Source of the DNA: Candidatus Moraniibacteriota bacterium
GTDB lineage: Bacteria > Patescibacteriota > Minisyncoccia > Moranbacterales > UBA1568
DNA length: 64,000 bases
Direction: 5' to 3'
NCBI GenBank assembly: GCA_052034975.1
Contig: JBPOIA010000003.1
Coordinates: 49,251 to 113,250 of the forward strand
In this document: one piece after another, positions 29,457 to 39,607 of the stretch
Layout: each line of letters begins with the position of its first letter
How positions within the stretch are numbered: position 1 is the stretch's first letter
Made by a program: the position numbers and the translations under genes
Notes under the pieces: model-generated
Told to the model about the DNA's origin: nothing
What the model saw: only the letters and a program-made list of their open reading frames with translations
The model's database searches: none

Positions 29457-30463
29457 TGTTTCTCAGGAAAATCGGCATTGATCTCGGAACGGCGAATACG
29501 CTTGTGTTCGTGCCGGGACAGGGAGTGGTTATCAACGAGCCGTCAGTGGTGGCGATTTCGCTTTTGGAGAACAGGGTGCTTGCAGTCGGGAACGAAGCGA
29601 AGGAGATGCTCGGCCGGACGCCGGACACAATCGTCGCGAGCCAACCGCTCAAAGACGGTGCCATCGCGGATTATCGCATTACCGAGGCGATGCTCAAGTA
29701 TTTTCTAAACCGGGTGGGGGGACGTTTCCGGTTTTTCCGTCCAGAAGTAGTGCTGTCGATTCCGGCCGGCATTACGTCAACGGAGCGGCGCGCCGTGATC
29801 GATGCGGCGCTCAAAGCCGGAGCGAAAGCGGCCTACGTCGTAAAAGAACCGATTTTAGCGGCGATTGGTGCCGGCATTCCTATTCATACGGCACAGGGAA
29901 ATATGATCATCAATATCGGCGGAGGCACCTCGGAGATAGCTATCATTTCCTTGGGCGGAATCGTGGCGGCACACAGTGCGCGTGTCGGTGGCAATCGTAT
30001 CGACCAGGCCATCGCGGATTCTATCAAGCGCAAGTATAGCCTAGCAATCGGCGATCGGACGGCGGAAGAGGTGAAGATGAGAATTGGTTCGGCGATCGCG
30101 CAGGTAAAGGAGGATCATATGGAAGTGCGCGGCCGCGACCTGATGGGCGGACTGCCGAAGACGGTCGTCATCTCGTCGAACGAAGTGACGGAAGCCATCC
30201 AAGACGAACTTCGTGAAATCATCAACGTTATCAAACAGGTGCTTCAGGAAACGCCGCCGGAATTGGCGGCGGACATTATGGACAAGGGAATGGTGCTTTC
30301 CGGCGGGACGGCACAGTTGAAGCATCTCGACCAGCTGATTTCGAAAACGATCAATGTGCCGTGCTACGTGGCGGATGACCCGGCTTTCTGTGTCGTGAAA
30401 GGTACCGGTATCGTGCTTGAGAATCTCGACACCTACAAGCGGAGTATTATGCTCGCGAAGTAA
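29453..30463 (+). CDS. mreB: Rod shape-determining protein MreB/Mbl
   Basis: GIDLGTANT, EPSVVA, IGGGT; ATGA overlap with murA. Confidence 0.96.
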   Translation: MMFLRKIGIDLGTANTLVFVPGQGVVINEPSVVAISLLENRVLAVGNEAKEMLGRTPDTIVASQPLKDGAIADYRITEAMLKYFLNRVGGRFRFFRPEVVLSIPAGITSTERRAVIDAALKAGAKAAYVVKEPILAAIGAGIPIHTAQGNMIINIGGGTSEIAIISLGGIVAAHSARVGGNRIDQAIADSIKRKYSLAIGDRTAEEVKMRIGSAIAQVKEDHMEVRGRDLMGGLPKTVVISSNEVTEAIQDELREIINVIKQVLQETPPELAADIMDKGMVLSGGTAQLKHLDQLISKTINVPCYVADDPAFCVVKGTGIVLENLDTYKRSIMLAK

Positions 30464-30536
30464 TCAGTTAACAAATAACAGAAAATAAAGAAGCGGGCCC
30501 ATACCGGATATTTCTTTGTTTCTTGTTAATTGCTGT

Positions 30537-31640
30537 ATGTTGATTGGAATCGACGCCTCGCGGGCGTTTCTCAGGCGGCGGACGGGTATCGAGGAGTACG
30601 CCTATCAGGTCATTGGCCATCTGCGTTTTGCGCTTCCGGAAGATACCCGTGTCGTGCTCTATGTCCGATCGGATCAGGATGTGACGCTTGATCTTCCGCG
30701 GGGTTGGCAGGCGAAGAAACTTTGGTCGCCACGATTGTGGACTCAGGCGCGTCTGTCGCTCGAAATGTTCCTTCATCCGCCGGATGTCTTGTTCGTGCCG
30801 GCCCATACGGTACCGCTTATCCATCCGAAGAAAACCGTCGTGACGATTCATGGCCTGGAATACGAATTCTGCCCAAAGGCCTATTCGTTGTGGGAGCGGC
30901 TCTATATGAGGTGCTCGATCCGTTTCTCATGCCGCGCGGCTAAGACCGTGGTGTGCGTGTCGGAGAACACTAAGAGGGACGTGATGCGGCTGTATGGCGT
31001 ACGGCCAGAAAAAATAAAAGTCGTATACGAAGGTTACGAAAAAAATCTTCCCGCTCCTCTTTCTCATCTCCCATCAAATCCTCATTCTCAATTTCCAATT
31101 TCCAAACCGTACTTGTTGTTTATCGGGAGGTTGGAGGAAAGAAAAAACATCATTCGGATCATCGAAGCGTTCAAGATATTGAAAGAAAAATACCGGATAC
31201 CGCATCGGTTGGTGCTTGTCGGAAAGCCGGGACACGGATATCAAAAAATAAAATCTAAAATTGAAGATCTCGAATCGGAAATCTGCATCGAAGAACGGGG
31301 ATACGTGACGGAAGAAGAGAAATGGGAGCTGCTTTTGGGTACGGAGGCATTCCTTTTTCCGACGCTTTATGAAGGGTTCGGTATTCCGGTGCTCGAGGCA
31401 CAGTCGGTCGGCGTACCGGTAGTGACATCGGACGTCTCGTCTTTGCCGGAAGTAGGGGGCGAAGGAGCGGTCTATGTCGACCCGAAGGATGCGGAGAGTA
31501 TTGCCGGGGGTATTTGGAAACTTCTTTCGGATGCGGATGTCAGGGATGATATAATGATGAAAGGAAGCGAAAATGCGAAGAAATTCAGCTGGGAAAAGTG
31601 TGCGGTATCGATTGCTGAAATTCTGACGCAGGAGAGATAA
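30537..31640 (+). CDS. GT4 glycosyltransferase
   Basis: TGIEEY, GRLEERKN, YEGFGIPVLEA. Confidence 0.92.
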   Translation: MLIGIDASRAFLRRRTGIEEYAYQVIGHLRFALPEDTRVVLYVRSDQDVTLDLPRGWQAKKLWSPRLWTQARLSLEMFLHPPDVLFVPAHTVPLIHPKKTVVTIHGLEYEFCPKAYSLWERLYMRCSIRFSCRAAKTVVCVSENTKRDVMRLYGVRPEKIKVVYEGYEKNLPAPLSHLPSNPHSQFPISKPYLLFIGRLEERKNIIRIIEAFKILKEKYRIPHRLVLVGKPGHGYQKIKSKIEDLESEICIEERGYVTEEEKWELLLGTEAFLFPTLYEGFGIPVLEAQSVGVPVVTSDVSSLPEVGGEGAVYVDPKDAESIAGGIWKLLSDADVRDDIMMKGSENAKKFSWEKCAVSIAEILTQER

Positions 31641-31656
31641 GAATTGATCGTACAGC

Positions 31657-32787
31657 GTGATGGAAGTGACACGAACAGCGGGAATAAAAGGAGCTTTGGT
31701 ACACGATTTTTTGGTGTCTTACGGCGGAGCGGAGCGGGCGTTCCAGGCAATTGCCGAATTGTATCCGGAAGCGCCGATCTATACGCTGCTCGCCAGTCCC
31801 GAACTTGTCGAAAAGTATTTCAAGGGACGCGATATCCGCGTCTCGTGGCTTGGGAAACTGCCAAGATGGATCCGCAAGCGTTACCGGTTGTTTTTGCCAT
31901 TTTTCCCGTCGGCGGTCGAGGCGTTCGATCTCCGCGAATTCGACTTGGTCGTGTCGTCGTCTAGCGCATGGGGAAAAGGTATTGTGACACGGCTCAACAC
32001 CAAGCATATCGCCTATCTCCATTCGCCGATGCGGTACGCGTGGGATTATCACGAACAGTACCTCTCCGAGCTCGGCGCTCGGGGGAAGTTTTCTTTGTTT
32101 ACACGGGCGCTTCTTTCGTATCTGCGCGTATGGGACAGGCAGGCAGCGGAGCGACCGGATTTCCTTATTGCGAATTCTCGATACACGGAGGCGCGCATCG
32201 AGAAATATTACCGGAGAGAAAGCGTGGTGATCTATCCACCCGTATCGTTTACCGAGACACCCCGTATCGTAACGGAAAGCATTCGGAAACGGGACTATTT
32301 TTTGGTCGTATCAAGATTAACGCGTTCCAAAAAGGTAGACGTGGTTGTCGAGGCATTTAATAAGCTCGGTCTCCCGCTCGTTATCGTGGGAAGCGGTCCG
32401 GAAGAAGAGAGTCTACGAAAAAAGGCGAACAGGAACATTACGTTTACTGGATTTGTCGAGGATAGTCGACTCGTCGAATTGTATGCCGGAGCGCGAGCAC
32501 TCCTTTTTCCTTCCGAAGAAGATTTCGGTCTCGCGGCGGCAGAAGCGCTCTCGTTTGGGACTCCGGTCATCGCGTTCGAGTACGGCGGAATCCGCGAAAT
32601 CGTGGAGTCTGGTAAGACAGGCGAACTGTATCACGCACAGACGCCGGAGATTGCCGCAGAGGGCGTACGGCGGTTTTTGAAAAATGAGGGGAAGTATGAT
32701 ATCGATTTTATGAAAGCGTCGGTGGCGCATCTGACAAAAGAACGATTTCAGGAAGAGATGAGAAGATTTTTAGAGGAATACGTATAA
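31657..32787 (+). CDS. GT4 glycosyltransferase (WbaZ-like)
   Basis: HDFL..GGAER, HSPMRYAWD, EDFGLAAAEA. Confidence 0.92.
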   Translation: MMEVTRTAGIKGALVHDFLVSYGGAERAFQAIAELYPEAPIYTLLASPELVEKYFKGRDIRVSWLGKLPRWIRKRYRLFLPFFPSAVEAFDLREFDLVVSSSSAWGKGIVTRLNTKHIAYLHSPMRYAWDYHEQYLSELGARGKFSLFTRALLSYLRVWDRQAAERPDFLIANSRYTEARIEKYYRRESVVIYPPVSFTETPRIVTESIRKRDYFLVVSRLTRSKKVDVVVEAFNKLGLPLVIVGSGPEEESLRKKANRNITFTGFVEDSRLVELYAGARALLFPSEEDFGLAAAEALSFGTPVIAFEYGGIREIVESGKTGELYHAQTPEIAAEGVRRFLKNEGKYDIDFMKASVAHLTKERFQEEMRRFLEEYV

Positions 32788-32788
32788 G

Positions 32789-32908
32789 AATGTCAAAGTT
32801 CAAATGACAAATATCAAATCAATGATTCAAATCGAAATGTCAAAAGCGCTTTTTAAACATTTGGAAATTTAGATTTGATTTGGCATTTGAAATTTGGATT
32901 TTGAAATT
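32789..32908. repeat. 7-nt-periodic inverted repeat (long imperfect hairpin)
   Basis: Left arm aatgtca/aagttca/aatgaca/aatatca; right arm catttga/aatttgg/attttga. Confidence 0.8.
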
Positions 32909-32911
32909 GAT

Positions 32912-33820
32912 ATGTTCATCATCGGCCACCAAAAAGAAAGAAAAAAGCTTTCCAACATCGCGAAAAGTAAGAATGTCGCGCAGAGTTATATTTTTACCGG
33001 ACCTCAGGGGGTAGGCAAGGGTCTGTGCGCTCTTGAGTTCGCTTCTCTGCTTGTTGGCGATCCCTTGTTTGAGTCGGTTTCCGAGCGGCCACACCCGTTT
33101 GATGTTATGATCGTCCGTCCCGAAGAGGAGACGAAACGAGGCGTGACAAAAATGAGAAATATCGCCGTCGAGACGGTTCGTGACGCGCTCTTATTTCTCG
33201 GGAATTTTCCGGTTTCCGGAACGTATCGGGTGGTGATCATTGAGGATGCACAGAGGCTTTCGATGACTGCGCAGAACGCTCTTTTGAAGACGCTGGAAGA
33301 GCCGAACGCGTCATCGGTCATCATTCTGGTTACTCATGAGAAGGGAAGCATCGTGCCGACGATTCTCTCACGCACGGAGGAAGTACGGTTCGATTTCGTT
33401 CCTGAACAGGAGATACAAAACGGGATAGAGATGATGGGGTTTCCTGCGGCGGAACGCGAGGCGATTGCCCCATTTTTCTTCTCTCTCGGGCGGCCAGGAA
33501 TGATTCTTCGAGCGCTTTGCGATCCGGAAGCGTTCGCGGCCGATCGGACGATGCTCGCACAGCTTTTTCGTCTTTCGGCGCTTTCCGTGATCGAGAGACT
33601 CGCGCTTTCGGAACGGCTGGGTACAGATGTTCCGTGCGCGATACGATTGCTCGAATGGTGGCTGCCCGGATTACACGCCCAGGCATTCAAGGCGGTCGAG
33701 CGCGGTGGAACAGGGAGATTCTTCCTGCTTTTGGAAAATACCGAGCGAACAGTCGGTCTCCTAAAGACGACCCAGGGCAATGCGCGGCTTCTCCTGGAAA
33801 AACTTTTTCTCGGAGTGTAG
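32912..33820 (+). CDS. holB: DNA polymerase III delta' subunit
   Basis: YIFTGPQGVGK, AQNALLKTLEEP, PTILSR. Confidence 0.88.
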   Translation: MFIIGHQKERKKLSNIAKSKNVAQSYIFTGPQGVGKGLCALEFASLLVGDPLFESVSERPHPFDVMIVRPEEETKRGVTKMRNIAVETVRDALLFLGNFPVSGTYRVVIIEDAQRLSMTAQNALLKTLEEPNASSVIILVTHEKGSIVPTILSRTEEVRFDFVPEQEIQNGIEMMGFPAAEREAIAPFFFSLGRPGMILRALCDPEAFAADRTMLAQLFRLSALSVIERLALSERLGTDVPCAIRLLEWWLPGLHAQAFKAVERGGTGRFFLLLENTERTVGLLKTTQGNARLLLEKLFLGV

Positions 33821-33850
33821 GTTTTTTGTCTTGGGACGAGAATATTTTGA

Positions 33851-34825
33851 ATGCGTATGCGTTTTCTTTCGAAACCACAACCGAAACGGGAAAAACGCGG
33901 CTGGTTCACGTCGAAAAAAACGCGCCGGGAACAGTTGGAAACGACCAAAAAGGATTCGAAACGGTCTTGTATGGGTATACTTATCCTGTGGGGATTGTTT
34001 TTGGCGACAGCGCTGTATATCGCGTTGTATTCCTCATATATTCGCATCGGACGGATCGCGGTATATGGAACGGAGAAAATCGCTTCGGAAACCGTCCGGG
34101 ACTTCATCGACCGAGAACTTTCGGGAAAGTTTCTTGGCATCGTTCCGCGTGACGGATTTTTTGCTGTGCGTGAGGCGGCGATCGAAGCGGATATCGAAAA
34201 CGCATTCCCGCTGTTTTCAGATGTCTCGATAACGCGCGGATTTCCCGATCGGATCGATGTCAACGTCGTTGAACGGACGAGTATCATGCTTTGGTGTTCG
34301 CAGGAAAAATGTTTCCTACTCGATGAGTCGGGAATGCTTCGAGAAAATGAACGGGTATTTTCCGAAGAAAATTCGACTTTTGTTCTTAAGGTGACGGATC
34401 TGAGCGAGCGCTCCGCTGAGGCGGGCCAAAAAGTTTTTGATTGGGATTTTTCGTCGTTTGTCGGAACGATCCAGTCGGCATTTCTGAACCGGCTTGGCCT
34501 GGGAACGGAAACTTCCTACAAGACGGCATCGCGGTTCGCCGAGGACATCCGTGTAAGAACGGATGAAGGATGGGAAGCATACCTGAGTACGCGTGTCCCG
34601 GCGGAAGTTTCAGCCGGAATACTCAATCTCTTGTTCGAGAAGGAATTGCCGAAAGAAAAACGATCCGGATTGAAGTACATCGATCTTCGGACAGAGAATC
34701 GTATTTATTATGCATTTCAGGACGGTGTCGAACAGGCGGCGGGAACGTCGGGACAGGAAAATGCAGAAAAACAGCCCGATAGTTCGAAAATCGAAAAAAG
34801 CGACAAGAAAAAACCTGATCGATAA
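33851..34825 (+). CDS. ftsQ: FtsQ/DivIB-like cell division protein
   Basis: Basic N-terminus, single TM, POTRA-like FPDRIDVNVVER, C-terminal YIDLR. Confidence 0.75.
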   Translation: MRMRFLSKPQPKREKRGWFTSKKTRREQLETTKKDSKRSCMGILILWGLFLATALYIALYSSYIRIGRIAVYGTEKIASETVRDFIDRELSGKFLGIVPRDGFFAVREAAIEADIENAFPLFSDVSITRGFPDRIDVNVVERTSIMLWCSQEKCFLLDESGMLRENERVFSEENSTFVLKVTDLSERSAEAGQKVFDWDFSSFVGTIQSAFLNRLGLGTETSYKTASRFAEDIRVRTDEGWEAYLSTRVPAEVSAGILNLLFEKELPKEKRSGLKYIDLRTENRIYYAFQDGVEQAAGTSGQENAEKQPDSSKIEKSDKKKPDR

Positions 34826-34833
34826 GAAGAGTC

Positions 34834-36726
34834 TTAATCTCCGGCAGCGGGGATGTAGTAGATGAAGAACGCATCGCCGGCCCGAGCGATCGGGGCATAA
34901 TCAGAGAGCCACGCGTAGGTCTGCTTGCCGGACGGATTCGGCTTATAGAGGCTTTCCTGGTAGAAGAATGCTGAAATAGCGTACCAACCGGGTTCAATCG
35001 GACGTTCGTCCCACCAGGGAATATACTTGTCGCCGAGGTAATAGGCTGGTTTTGAGCCGCCGAAGTAATCGACGCGGATTTTGTCGATTGCGGGATAGTC
35101 GGACAGGAGGCATTGATCGGTGGAAGTGGCGCCTCCTGTCGCGCAGCGGTTCTGATCGTCGATGAAGACCTTGAGATGTTTGAGGTCTTGTCCCCAATCG
35201 TAGTTCGAATCAGTGACGTATCGGTAACCTTCCGTATGCCCGCCTGCTGCGGCATTGAAGTACGAGAGATAGCTCGGGTATGAAAGGACCGGGATAGCGA
35301 TGAGCACGAACGAGAATCCGCCGACGATGAGAGAAAAAGCTTTTCGGGTAAGAGGATCGTTCTGATGTTTCAAGAAATCGAAGAGAGTCTTGGCGATGAG
35401 CATATACAGGAAAGGGAGAATCGGAAAGAGGTGTCGGAAGCCAATGGTCAGATTACCGGTAACGCTGACGTATGTGTAAAAGAGAATGAAGAAGACTGAG
35501 AGGTATTGAGCGATCCTGGACTGGAATGATTGGACGAGGAGGGAGAAGAAGGAAGAGGTTTTTACCGAGAGGACTTTGCTGATTCGATACAGGCCATAGC
35601 CGGCCGAGGCGAGGAGAAGAAAGAGGAACGGAAGGGTTTCTTTGAGGAGGAAGACGACCGGGAAGTAGAACATCGAGGCACGATCGGAAACAACGCCGAG
35701 AAAATAATGGACATTTCCGGAGGCGACACGCGCGAAGACCATCGCGACACCGAGGAAGTATTCCGAAAGCGGTTTGAGGAATCGTGAAGCGCTGGTATCG
35801 ACGACGAGCGTATGCGCGAAACGGGCCGGAAGATTGTTTTGGGAAAGATGCTGGTCAGCCAGTTCCACAAGCTTTTCTTCCGGCATATGGAGCGTATTCC
35901 AGGCATAGAGCGACCAAATGAGGGTGAAGCAGACGAGGATGCTTCCGGCATATCGGAAGAGATAGTTTAAAAGTGTTTGAAATTTGAAACGTGCGACGGA
36001 ACGCGTCTCGTAGGATGGTTTTTGTTTGGTCAAAGCGTACAACATCGTGAAGAGACCGAAAATGGGAAACAGGAGTACGGCGGAAAATTTCGTCAGCTCG
36101 GCAAGCCCAAGGAAGATGCCGGCGACGGCCATATTTCTCAGACTTGGATATTTGAGGAACCGGACAAAGAAATAGAAGGCGAAGAAAATGAATGCGGCGC
36201 TGCCAATATCGGTCGTGACGTAGTGGCTGTGTGCGATGATATTAGGATCAGTGACATAAAGAAGGGTTGCGAAAAGCCCGGCGAGCGTGCCACCGAGCTC
36301 GCGTGTCCAAAGGAAAATGCCGATACCGAGGAAAACGGCGATGAGCGTGATCGGCAAGCGTGACCACAGCAGAATGGCATCGGCATCGTTACAGGCCTTT
36401 TTTGGTTCGGTGCAGTTCAAGAAGAGATCGCCGAGCACCCATTGTTCGTTGATACCTTTGCGCCATTCCTTTGCCTTGTACGGAAAAGAGACGGAAAGGA
36501 ATTGGAGCGGGATGCCAGAGAGATCCTTGATGAGCGGCGGATGCTCCGGATTAAGGCGCATATCGGAGGCATCGACATACGTATAGGCCGCGGGAATATG
36601 GGCACGCTCATCGAATGTGGCGGATTCCTGGGAAGAGATGACGGTCGAAAGGATAAAAAATGCGAGTAGGAGGAGAGCGACGATTCGTGGTGCGCAGGTT
36701 CTGAGCGTATCCATAGAGGATTTCAT
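34834..36726 (-). CDS. GT-C (PMT/ArnT, GT39/83-like) membrane glycosyltransferase
   Basis: TFDE, EHPPLIK, HYVTTD, TKFS, RHL.P, DSNYDWGQD; many TMs. Confidence 0.87.
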   Translation of the reverse strand: MKSSMDTLRTCAPRIVALLLLAFFILSTVISSQESATFDERAHIPAAYTYVDASDMRLNPEHPPLIKDLSGIPLQFLSVSFPYKAKEWRKGINEQWVLGDLFLNCTEPKKACNDADAILLWSRLPITLIAVFLGIGIFLWTRELGGTLAGLFATLLYVTDPNIIAHSHYVTTDIGSAAFIFFAFYFFVRFLKYPSLRNMAVAGIFLGLAELTKFSAVLLFPIFGLFTMLYALTKQKPSYETRSVARFKFQTLLNYLFRYAGSILVCFTLIWSLYAWNTLHMPEEKLVELADQHLSQNNLPARFAHTLVVDTSASRFLKPLSEYFLGVAMVFARVASGNVHYFLGVVSDRASMFYFPVVFLLKETLPFLFLLLASAGYGLYRISKVLSVKTSSFFSLLVQSFQSRIAQYLSVFFILFYTYVSVTGNLTIGFRHLFPILPFLYMLIAKTLFDFLKHQNDPLTRKAFSLIVGGFSFVLIAIPVLSYPSYLSYFNAAAGGHTEGYRYVTDSNYDWGQDLKHLKVFIDDQNRCATGGATSTDQCLLSDYPAIDKIRVDYFGGSKPAYYLGDKYIPWWDERPIEPGWYAISAFFYQESLYKPNPSGKQTYAWLSDYAPIARAGDAFFIYYIPAAGD

Positions 36727-38333
36727 TAAGGGAGACGGATAATTACGAAAGCGCTGTCGGTACCGGGTCGGAGGTCGATCGTCTCAGTACGAGTTCCCGG
36801 AGCTCTTTTGAGGATATTTCCGATGATCTGTTCATCCTGGGAGGCGAAGATGATGACACTGTTGCCTGTTTTGATGTTCACGTCGGAGTCCGGCAGGAGA
36901 TAGGTCAGATTCTCGACCCGGCCGGTCGTGAAAAAGACGATCGGTTGCACGTTGATCGGGAGGCGGTTACCGACAATTTTGCTCCGGTCAGTCGAAACGA
37001 CGTATTTGTGTGTTTCTTCCGGCAAAGAAAGGAGGTATTCGCTGATATTACGGTAGTTGAGATTGAATGATGACGCCTGGCTCGGGCTGTGGGCGAAAAA
37101 AACGAAGTATTTGACGATATTGAAGAGCGCGCTGATGCCGAAAAGGAGGATAAGGATCGAGATGAGTACGCCACGGACGATCGGTGTTGAGCGGAACGTC
37201 TTTCTTATGAGCCAAAGAGCGGGGAGTGTCGCGAAGAGAAAGACCGGCGTCTGGGTGCCGATGGCGCGGAGTGCGTGTGGCAAACCTTCGTTCGTAAGGA
37301 ATTCCGGCATCAGCATTACAAAGAACGACGCGAGCAAAAAGACGTTTCTTGCGAGGCGTGTGTCGCGGTCATTGTTGCGGAAACGTCGTCCGAGGAGAAG
37401 GACGGTCTGCCAGACGACGAAGAGGAATCCGGCCAGGAAAAGCGTTCCGACGACGGGGTCGAGGATCGGGTAGGGCGGGTAATTATGTCGCCAGTTTTGG
37501 TCGCCGAAGAAATTGTATTTGATGAGCGAGAGACCGAAGGTTTTACCGAGCGTGCCCCAGAAATCACCGTGGTTGACGGTTGGCGAGAAAATGGAGACCG
37601 CTGCCGAGCGCGAAGCGAAATCTTCCGGATGAGAGATGAAGAAATGATAGAGCATCGGGGAAGCAGCGACAAAGGCGGCGAAAACGAACACGAGTGCGTG
37701 TTTGAAATAGCGGCGCAAGAATTTCTCATAGGAAAGCATTAGCGCCGGCAAGAGGATGATAAGGATGAGCGGTGCGAGACGAAACGCGACGTAGGTATGC
37801 AGCCCGAAACCGAAGAAAAGTCCGCTCCAGAGGAAGTCTCGGAAACGTTGAGTGCGCAGGCCGCGGAAGAAGAAAAAGAACGAGAAGCTAAGCAGGAAAG
37901 AAGTCATAATCGCGCGGAAACCGATGCGCGAGAAGTTGATGGCCCAGAATGAGGTGGCGGTGATAAAAGCGGCGACGAGTCCCGCGGCGCGGCGTTTGAA
38001 GAGCTCGCTTGCGAGCAGATACAATCCGAGGACGGTCAGAGTGCCGAAGATGACGGACCAAAGTTTGAGGACGGGAACGGTCGGACCGAAGACTTTGAGC
38101 GCGAGCGCCTGCAGATTGATGAAAAGTCCTTCGCGGCCGTAATTGTTTTCGTAGAAGAGGAGGTAGTTTCCGGTCTCGTTGGCATACATCGCGTCGGCGG
38201 CATTGACGGCCTCATCGGGATACAAACCGCTCGGAATATTCGCGATATCATAGCTCCGGAGGAAAAGCGCGAGCAGCAAAAAAAACGCGAGAGCGGCCAG
38301 GGCGAGAGAGCGTGGCGTTTCGTTTTGAAACAT
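36726..38333 (-). CDS. GT-C (PMT/ArnT-like) membrane glycosyltransferase
   Basis: PDEA, GREGLF, FSRIGFR, PHALR; TAATG overlap with the downstream gene. Confidence 0.87.
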   Translation of the reverse strand: MFQNETPRSLALAALAFFLLLALFLRSYDIANIPSGLYPDEAVNAADAMYANETGNYLLFYENNYGREGLFINLQALALKVFGPTVPVLKLWSVIFGTLTVLGLYLLASELFKRRAAGLVAAFITATSFWAINFSRIGFRAIMTSFLLSFSFFFFFRGLRTQRFRDFLWSGLFFGFGLHTYVAFRLAPLILIILLPALMLSYEKFLRRYFKHALVFVFAAFVAASPMLYHFFISHPEDFASRSAAVSIFSPTVNHGDFWGTLGKTFGLSLIKYNFFGDQNWRHNYPPYPILDPVVGTLFLAGFLFVVWQTVLLLGRRFRNNDRDTRLARNVFLLASFFVMLMPEFLTNEGLPHALRAIGTQTPVFLFATLPALWLIRKTFRSTPIVRGVLISILILLFGISALFNIVKYFVFFAHSPSQASSFNLNYRNISEYLLSLPEETHKYVVSTDRSKIVGNRLPINVQPIVFFTTGRVENLTYLLPDSDVNIKTGNSVIIFASQDEQIIGNILKRAPGTRTETIDLRPGTDSAFVIIRLP

Positions 38334-38407
38334 ACGTTTTTGTTTTCTGTTTCTTGTGTTAGAATTATAGCAAATGAGAAGCGTTTCCGAAAGTTAAGAT
38401 ACCTGGA

Positions 38408-39592
38408 ATGTTCGGTTTTGAAAAAGTGCTCGGCAGAAAACCTGAGCAGCGCGCCACAAAAGAAATGACGGGTGGTTTTTCGTCCGCTCCGGTCGCCGAA
38501 AACCCACTCGTTTTTTTTGAACAGCCACTTTCGCTCGGGCAGGCGTGGAAGACGAAAGACGGCCGGTACACGCTTTCTGTGGTTGAGCAGAGAACGAACA
38601 GCGGACGCTTTGAAATCATCCTGAAAGATCGGAATGAAGAAACGACAGAGCGCCAGACCAGGAACAGCGAGGAGATCAAGGCGCTTCTGATGAGCGGCGG
38701 ATATGAGCTCGTTTCATCGGTTCCTGCGTCGAAACAGGCTCACGCACAGGAAACAGCCGCTCCGGTGATGGAAAAAATGCCGGAGACGGCCTTGCAGGAA
38801 CAAGAGGCATCGGAGATTCCGGCGCAAGAAAAGGCGTCGCTTCAGGCTCGTTTTGAGGAATTGGACGGACAGTTCGCTCAGAAGCTCGAAGCCGTGACGG
38901 GAAAGCTCGAAGAGCTCATCAATCTTTTGAATATCGAACGCGATCGGTTGGGAGACGAATTCTATGAATTCGAGAATATGCTTCGTGCCCGGGAGGCGGC
39001 GGTGAATGGATTGATCGAAGAAGATGAGCGTCTCTTGGTGAGTGTCGAAGGGACGGATATCCAGTCGGATGAAATGCGGCATATCGTGGAGCGTCAGGAA
39101 AAGCACATCGCGGCTCTGGAGACTTATACGAAAGAGATCGGAGAAATACAGGAAAAAACGGAGGCGCTTCTTATTGCGCGCGAAAACGTTATTCCGCTCA
39201 AAAAGGAAAAACTTGAGCCGGAAGTGCCGGAGGAGAGCGTTTTGGCAGAGCATTCTGTACCGGAAAAGGATTCGTCTGTGGCAGATGTTTCTTCGGCCGA
39301 TGTCCGGTCAGAAGGAGCAGGGAGCGAAGAGGATTCTGTGGAAACGTTGATCGGTAAGGAACGGTATGCCGCGCTGATGGAATTCGTTTGGACCGCGTGG
39401 AGAATGTTCAAGTCCGATCTCTGGGGAAAGAAAGTGCCAAAAAAGATCTGGGAAAAAATCTGGCAGGAACAAGCGTTGCCAGAAATCAAAAAGAGAGTTT
39501 TCGAGGTTCTTCGTGAACAAGGTATTGGGGCGCCGGAAATACAGGAAGCTGTCTACAATGCGCTTGAACGAACATTGCCGGGGAAGAAATAA
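38408..39592 (+). CDS. Hypothetical acidic coiled-coil protein
   Basis: 394-aa ORF with central heptad region. Confidence 0.7.
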   Translation: MFGFEKVLGRKPEQRATKEMTGGFSSAPVAENPLVFFEQPLSLGQAWKTKDGRYTLSVVEQRTNSGRFEIILKDRNEETTERQTRNSEEIKALLMSGGYELVSSVPASKQAHAQETAAPVMEKMPETALQEQEASEIPAQEKASLQARFEELDGQFAQKLEAVTGKLEELINLLNIERDRLGDEFYEFENMLRAREAAVNGLIEEDERLLVSVEGTDIQSDEMRHIVERQEKHIAALETYTKEIGEIQEKTEALLIARENVIPLKKEKLEPEVPEESVLAEHSVPEKDSSVADVSSADVRSEGAGSEEDSVETLIGKERYAALMEFVWTAWRMFKSDLWGKKVPKKIWEKIWQEQALPEIKKRVFEVLREQGIGAPEIQEAVYNALERTLPGKK

Positions 39593-39607
39593 AAAAAGAG
39601 TTACCGT

